NCBI GenBank assembly: GCA_001917665.1
Contig: MNEL01000027.1
Location: 18,866-82,865 of the forward strand
Length of the DNA: 64,000 bases
From: Gemmatimonadetes bacterium 13_1_40CM_69_22
GTDB lineage: Bacteria > Gemmatimonadota > Gemmatimonadetes > Gemmatimonadales > GWC2-71-9
Direction: 5' to 3'
Each line of letters opens with the position of its first letter. Positions within the stretch are counted from its first letter, which is position 1. Below, one piece after another: positions 60,815 to 64,000 of this stretch. The notes beneath the pieces are model-generated. The model did no database searches, had not been told where the DNA came from, and worked only from the letters and a program-made list of their open reading frames with translations. Position numbers and translations under genes: made by a program.

Positions 60815-61428
60815 TCGGAGTGAGGGATCTTGCCGCGCTCGCCGCGGCGCAGCCGCTCCCGCATGTCGGGCGGCAGCTCGTCGTACGCGGCGGCGATCGA
60901 CAGCTCCTCCAGCGAGTAGTGCGCCTCGGGGTTCGCGGCGAGCGCCTGGCGCACCTGCTCCGCGCGGCTGAACCGGCCGCGCAGCGGGAAGTCTTTGCGC
61001 AGGGGGTGGCCTTCGGCGTACGTCTCCCACATCAGGATGCGCCGCAGGTCGGGATGGCCGCGGAACGCGACGCCGAACATGTCGTAGACCTCGCGCTCCA
61101 GCCAGTCGGCGCCCCGCCACAGCGGGACGATCGAGTCGACCGTCAGGTCGCCGCGCGGGTCGAGCTCGACCTTCACTCGCACGTCCACCCGCCGATCGAG
61201 CGAGCGCAGGTTGTAGACCAGCTCGAGCGGCCGCTCCCGGTCGCGGTATTCCACGGCGGTGACGTCGACGAGGTAGTCGTACTGCTGCCCCGGTGTGTCG
61301 CGCAGCCAGGCCATCACGTCGAGGAGCGCCGCGCGGTCCACGTAGACGATCGTGTCCCCGCACGACTCGACCGCGCGGCCGATCGCGCTGCCGAAGGTCG
61401 CTCGCAGGGCCTCGGCGGAGGGGTTCAC
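60811..61428 (-). CDS. nuoC: NADH-quinone oxidoreductase subunit C
   Basis: Start taken at GTG 61428 (GTGA with the nuoB stop). Motifs: ...[22 protein letters not shown]... Confidence 0.9.
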   Translation of the reverse strand: MNPSAEALRATFGSAIGRAVESCGDTIVYVDRAALLDVMAWLRDTPGQQYDYLVDVTAVEYRDRERPLELVYNLRSLDRRVDVRVKVELDPRGDLTVDSIVPLWRGADWLEREVYDMFGVAFRGHPDLRRILMWETYAEGHPLRKDFPLRGRFSRAEQVRQALAANPEAHYSLEELSIAAAYDELPPDMRERLRRGERGKIPHSE

Positions 61429-62045
61429 GCCGAGCGGAACTGGTGGACGGAGTTTCCGAACGGCTCGGAGATCTCGTCGATCTGCTCGGGCGGCAGCCGC
61501 AGGCCGCGTTCGTCGAGCGGCTGCTCCTCGCGCCGCGCGGCGCGGTCGAACAGCGATTCTCCCTTGATCTTCTTGTGCAACAGCAGCACCCCGTACAGCA
61601 GCCCCTCGGGGCGGGGCGGGCCCCCCGGGACATACACGTCGACCGGGACGATCGTGTCGATCCCCTGCACCATCGCGTAGTTGTCGAAGATCCCGCCGGT
61701 CGACGCGCAGGCGCCCATCGAGATGACCCATTTGGGCTGCGGCATCTGGTCGTAGATGCGCCGGATCACGGGAGCGAGCTTGAACGGCAGTCGTCCGGCG
61801 CAGATGAGGACGTCGGCCTGGCGCGGGCTGAAGGCCTGGCGCTCCATGCCGAATCGGGCGAAGTCGTAGCGCGACGCCGCTGTGGCCATGAACTCGATGG
61901 CACAGCACGCCGTGCCGAACGGCATCGGCCAGAGGGAGTTGGCGCGCGAGGAGTTGACCGCCCAGTCGATGAGATCCTGGGCCTTCGCGAGCAGGTAGTT
62001 CGGGCTTTGCCCGGTTACTTCCTTCGTTTCGAGAACGCGCTTCAT
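61425..62045 (-). CDS. nuoB: NADH-quinone oxidoreductase subunit B
   Basis: ...[18 protein letters not shown]...GACASTGG...[13 protein letters not shown]. Confidence 0.95.
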   Translation of the reverse strand: MKRVLETKEVTGQSPNYLLAKAQDLIDWAVNSSRANSLWPMPFGTACCAIEFMATAASRYDFARFGMERQAFSPRQADVLICAGRLPFKLAPVIRRIYDQMPQPKWVISMGACASTGGIFDNYAMVQGIDTIVPVDVYVPGGPPRPEGLLYGVLLLHKKIKGESLFDRAARREEQPLDERGLRLPPEQIDEISEPFGNSVHQFRSA

Positions 62046-62076
62046 GGCGCTGCCCCTTGACGCCTCAATTGACGTC

Positions 62077-62448
62077 TCAATCCCACTGTAGCGCTCCCCG
62101 CTTCCACACGTAGACGTACCCCACCGCGAGGATGAGGATGAACACCAGCATCTCTACGAGCAGGAACCCCATCCCTGGCCCGGTTCCCCCGCCGAAGAAG
62201 ATCGTCCCCCAGGGAATGAGGAACACCGTTTCGATGTCGAAGACGATGAACAGCATCGCCACGAGGTAGAACTTGACCGAGAAGCGCTCGTGCGCGCTGC
62301 CCAGCGGCGCCATGCCGCTCTCGTAGGGCGCGTCCTTGACCGCGGTGGGTTTGTGGGGCGCAAGCAGGTGCGACAGCCCAATCAGTCCGCCCGCGTTGAG
62401 CGCGACGAAAGCGAGCAACAGCAGGAAGGAGAGGTAGGGCTGGTTCAT
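62077..62448 (-). CDS. nuoA: NADH-quinone oxidoreductase subunit A
   Basis: 123 aa, three TM segments: ...[30 protein letters not shown]. Confidence 0.95.
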   Translation of the reverse strand: MNQPYLSFLLLLAFVALNAGGLIGLSHLLAPHKPTAVKDAPYESGMAPLGSAHERFSVKFYLVAMLFIVFDIETVFLIPWGTIFFGGGTGPGMGFLLVEMLVFILILAVGYVYVWKRGALQWD

Positions 62449-62480
62449 GAGTTCGTGAAAAAATTCACTTGACCGGTCGA

Positions 62481-62509
62481 AACGTATTCGCGCGCCATAC
62501 CGTTGTCAA
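62481..62509 (-). promoter_or_regulatory. Candidate sigma-70-type promoter of the nuo operon (TTGACA-N17-TACGTT)
   Basis: On the minus strand, TTGACA lies at 62509-62504 and TACGTT at 62486-62481 with a 17-nt spacer. The short leader contains the palindrome GTGAA-N4-TTCAC (62455-62468), 7 nt from the nuoA ATG. Pattern match only. Confidence 0.35.
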
Positions 62510-62530
62510 CCGAATCGAGTGGCGTAAGTA
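62503..62530 (+). promoter_or_regulatory. Candidate promoter of dcd (TTGTCA-N16-TAAGTA), with its -35 box interlocked with the nuo -35
   Basis: On the plus strand, TTGTCA lies at 62503-62508 and TAAGTA at 62525-62530. The dcd ATG is at 62558. Pattern match only. Confidence 0.3.
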
Positions 62531-62557
62531 TCGACGGCGCCGATATATTGGCGCGCC

Positions 62558-63118
62558 ATGTCCATCAAGTCCGATCGCTGGATCCGCCACATGGCGAAGA
62601 CGCAGGGCATGATCGATCCGTTCGCCGAAAACCAGGTCCGCGCGGGCGTGATCTCCTACGGCGTGTCGTCCTACGGCTACGACATGCGCGTCGCGCCCGA
62701 GTTCAAGATCTTCACCAACGCCCTGTCCGCCGTGGTCGATCCCAAGAGCTTCGATCCGAAATCGTTCGTCGAGTTCAGCGGCAACGTGTGCATCGTCCCG
62801 CCCAACTCGTTCGCGCTGGCGCGCTCGGTCGAATACTTTCGTATTCCCCGCAACGTGTTGACGATCTGCGTCGGCAAGAGCACCTACGCCCGCTGCGGCA
62901 TCATCACCAACGTCACGCCGTTCGAGCCGGAGTGGGAGGGCTTCGTGACGCTCGAGATCTCCAACACGACGCCCCTCCCGGCGAAGATCTATGCCAACGA
63001 GGGCATTGCCCAGGTGCTGTTCTTCACCGCGGACGAGGGCGACGAGTGCGAGGTCAGCTACAAGGACAAGAAGGGGAAGTACCAAGCACAGCAGGGGATC
63101 ACGCTGCCCAAACTGTAA
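62558..63118 (+). CDS. dcd: dCTP deaminase
   Basis: 186 aa: MSIKSDRWI...YGYD.R....F...VDPK...IPPNSFAL..S.EYF.IP.....C.GKS.YAR.GI..NVTP.EP.W.G..TLE.SN. Confidence 0.95.
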   Translation: MSIKSDRWIRHMAKTQGMIDPFAENQVRAGVISYGVSSYGYDMRVAPEFKIFTNALSAVVDPKSFDPKSFVEFSGNVCIVPPNSFALARSVEYFRIPRNVLTICVGKSTYARCGIITNVTPFEPEWEGFVTLEISNTTPLPAKIYANEGIAQVLFFTADEGDECEVSYKDKKGKYQAQQGITLPKL

Positions 63119-63215
63119 CGGCGTCCAGCAACGTCGTCCAGCACGTGCGTCGAACGCAGGCGTCGAACGGAACCATGGTCACGGGTCCGCGCGACGTTCT
63201 CGTTTGACGTCCCGA

Positions 63216-64000
63216 TTAGACGTTACTGCGCGACGCGCTTACTGCCTTTCGGTTGTACGCGTACGCCACCGCCAATGCAATCAGCGCCAGCGCGAAAAAC
63301 GACGCCACGCGATAGAGGGCGTAGAGGGCCGACAAATCGTACAGCACGATCTTGAGCCCGGCCCCCGCGGCGACGGCGAGGCCCGAGGAACGCACATCTT
63401 TGCGGTCGAGGCGGAAGCCCAGAAGCACGAGCACCCCGGCGGCGACGAGCCACCAGATACTCAGCGCGAGGTCGCCGGCGAGATCGGCGAGGCGCCCGAA
63501 GGAGCGACCGAACTGGATCGAGCCTCCCACGAAGACGGCGACACCACACAGCGCCCAGCAGAACTCTCCACCCCGGGCTTCCCACGCCGCCGGCTGCGGC
63601 GGAACGCGCCACCAGCGGGCGCACAGGGCGGCGGCCGCGACGTACGCGTAGAGCGCCACCGCCCAGGCGTCGGTGAAGACTGGGGCGCCGGACTCACGGG
63701 CCCACACGGCAACCGAGAACACGCATAGCAGCGCGAGCACCGCGAGCCCGACCGCCGCGGCGCGTCCACCCGGCCGCCCGCTCCATCGGTCTGCCGCAAG
63801 CGCTACCACGCCCAGCACGGTCCAGCCCAGGGCCACGCTCGCCGCGCTCCACTCCAGCGTCATCGCGAGGGCGGCGAGCGCGAATCCCATCATCAGCGGG
63901 GACGCGGCCCACCGCAGCCAACCCGCCGTGAGGTAGACCGCCCCCAGGAGCGCCGCCACCGCTCCTGGGGCTTGCTCGAGCAGCCGCGGGTCCGTGGCGC
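63216..64000 (-). CDS. Polytopic membrane protein, DUF2339-like; 5' end probably beyond the window
   Basis: Consecutive hydrophobic helices rich in W, A, L and G. The reading frame remains open upstream of the track's GTG 63959 through position 64000. Confidence 0.55.
   Translation of the reverse strand, partial: ATDPRLLEQAPGAVAALLGAVYLTAGWLRWAASPLMMGFALAALAMTLEWSAASVALGWTVLGVVALAADRWSGRPGGRAAAVGLAVLALLCVFSVAVWARESGAPVFTDAWAVALYAYVAAAALCARWWRVPPQPAAWEARGGEFCWALCGVAVFVGGSIQFGRSFGRLADLAGDLALSIWWLVAAGVLVLLGFRLDRKDVRSSGLAVAAGAGLKIVLYDLSALYALYRVASFFALALIALAVAYAYNRKAVSASRSNV

Noticed and set aside
63119-63215. Short direct repeats in the dcd/DUF2339 convergent spacer (CGTCCAGCA twice, GCGTCGAACG twice) and a GACGT...ACGTC pair.
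   Set aside because: These are 9-10-bp repeats with no clear hairpin or U-tract. They are too short to distinguish from chance in low-complexity GC-rich DNA.

Overview
Visibly GC-rich bacterial chromosome segment from a diderm (LPS-making) organism. The phylum cannot be fixed from sequence alone. Gene content (futalosine menaquinone genes, 14-subunit nuo, sigma-54, kds/lpt) would fit a Gemmatimonadota- or Acidobacteriota-like lineage, but that is inference only. Between positions 1 and 62448 every supported gene outside 15673-29538 lies on the minus strand. Most are packed with 4-nt ATGA/GTGA stop/start overlaps. Reading in the direction of transcription (high to low coordinates): nuoA-N, pmm, UPF0182, arcC, sucCD, an EIIA-CBS protein, ndk, yceD-rpmF-plsX-fabHDG-acpP-fabF, mqnE-mqnA-mqnC plus a short PurE-like gene, and ispF-dedA. 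The run is then interrupted and resumes with an ICMT-family gene, xerD, pabA/trpG, kdsB, pyrG, kdsA, kdsC, kdsD, lptC-like, a large LptA-like gene, lptB, rpoN, and a GT2 / beta-propeller / acyltransferase-like / deacetylase-like envelope module. The interruption (15673-29538) is a 13.8-kb mixed-strand carbohydrate block: GH3, xylBA, GntP permease, nagB, glpK, a frameshifted glpF, a retropepsin-like protease, YjhG/YagF-type xylonate dehydratase and a secreted lactonase. It is bracketed by a perfect 34-bp direct repeat whose right copy is the 3' end of dedA. Other signals not explained by gene calls: two intercistronic inverted-repeat elements built from GGAATGC heptamers that share an identical 30-mer (fabD/fabG and nuoE/nuoF junctions); a 7-copy 13-bp tandem array at the kdsD/lptC junction; an LptB with a roughly 175-aa N-terminal extension; and a Ser/Thr-kinase N-lobe relic. 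No rRNA, tRNA, CRISPR, transposase or phage genes were seen. Many gene starts were chosen by me from overlap or RBS context and differ from the longest-ORF track. All calls rest on reading the translations and motifs by eye; no searches were run.
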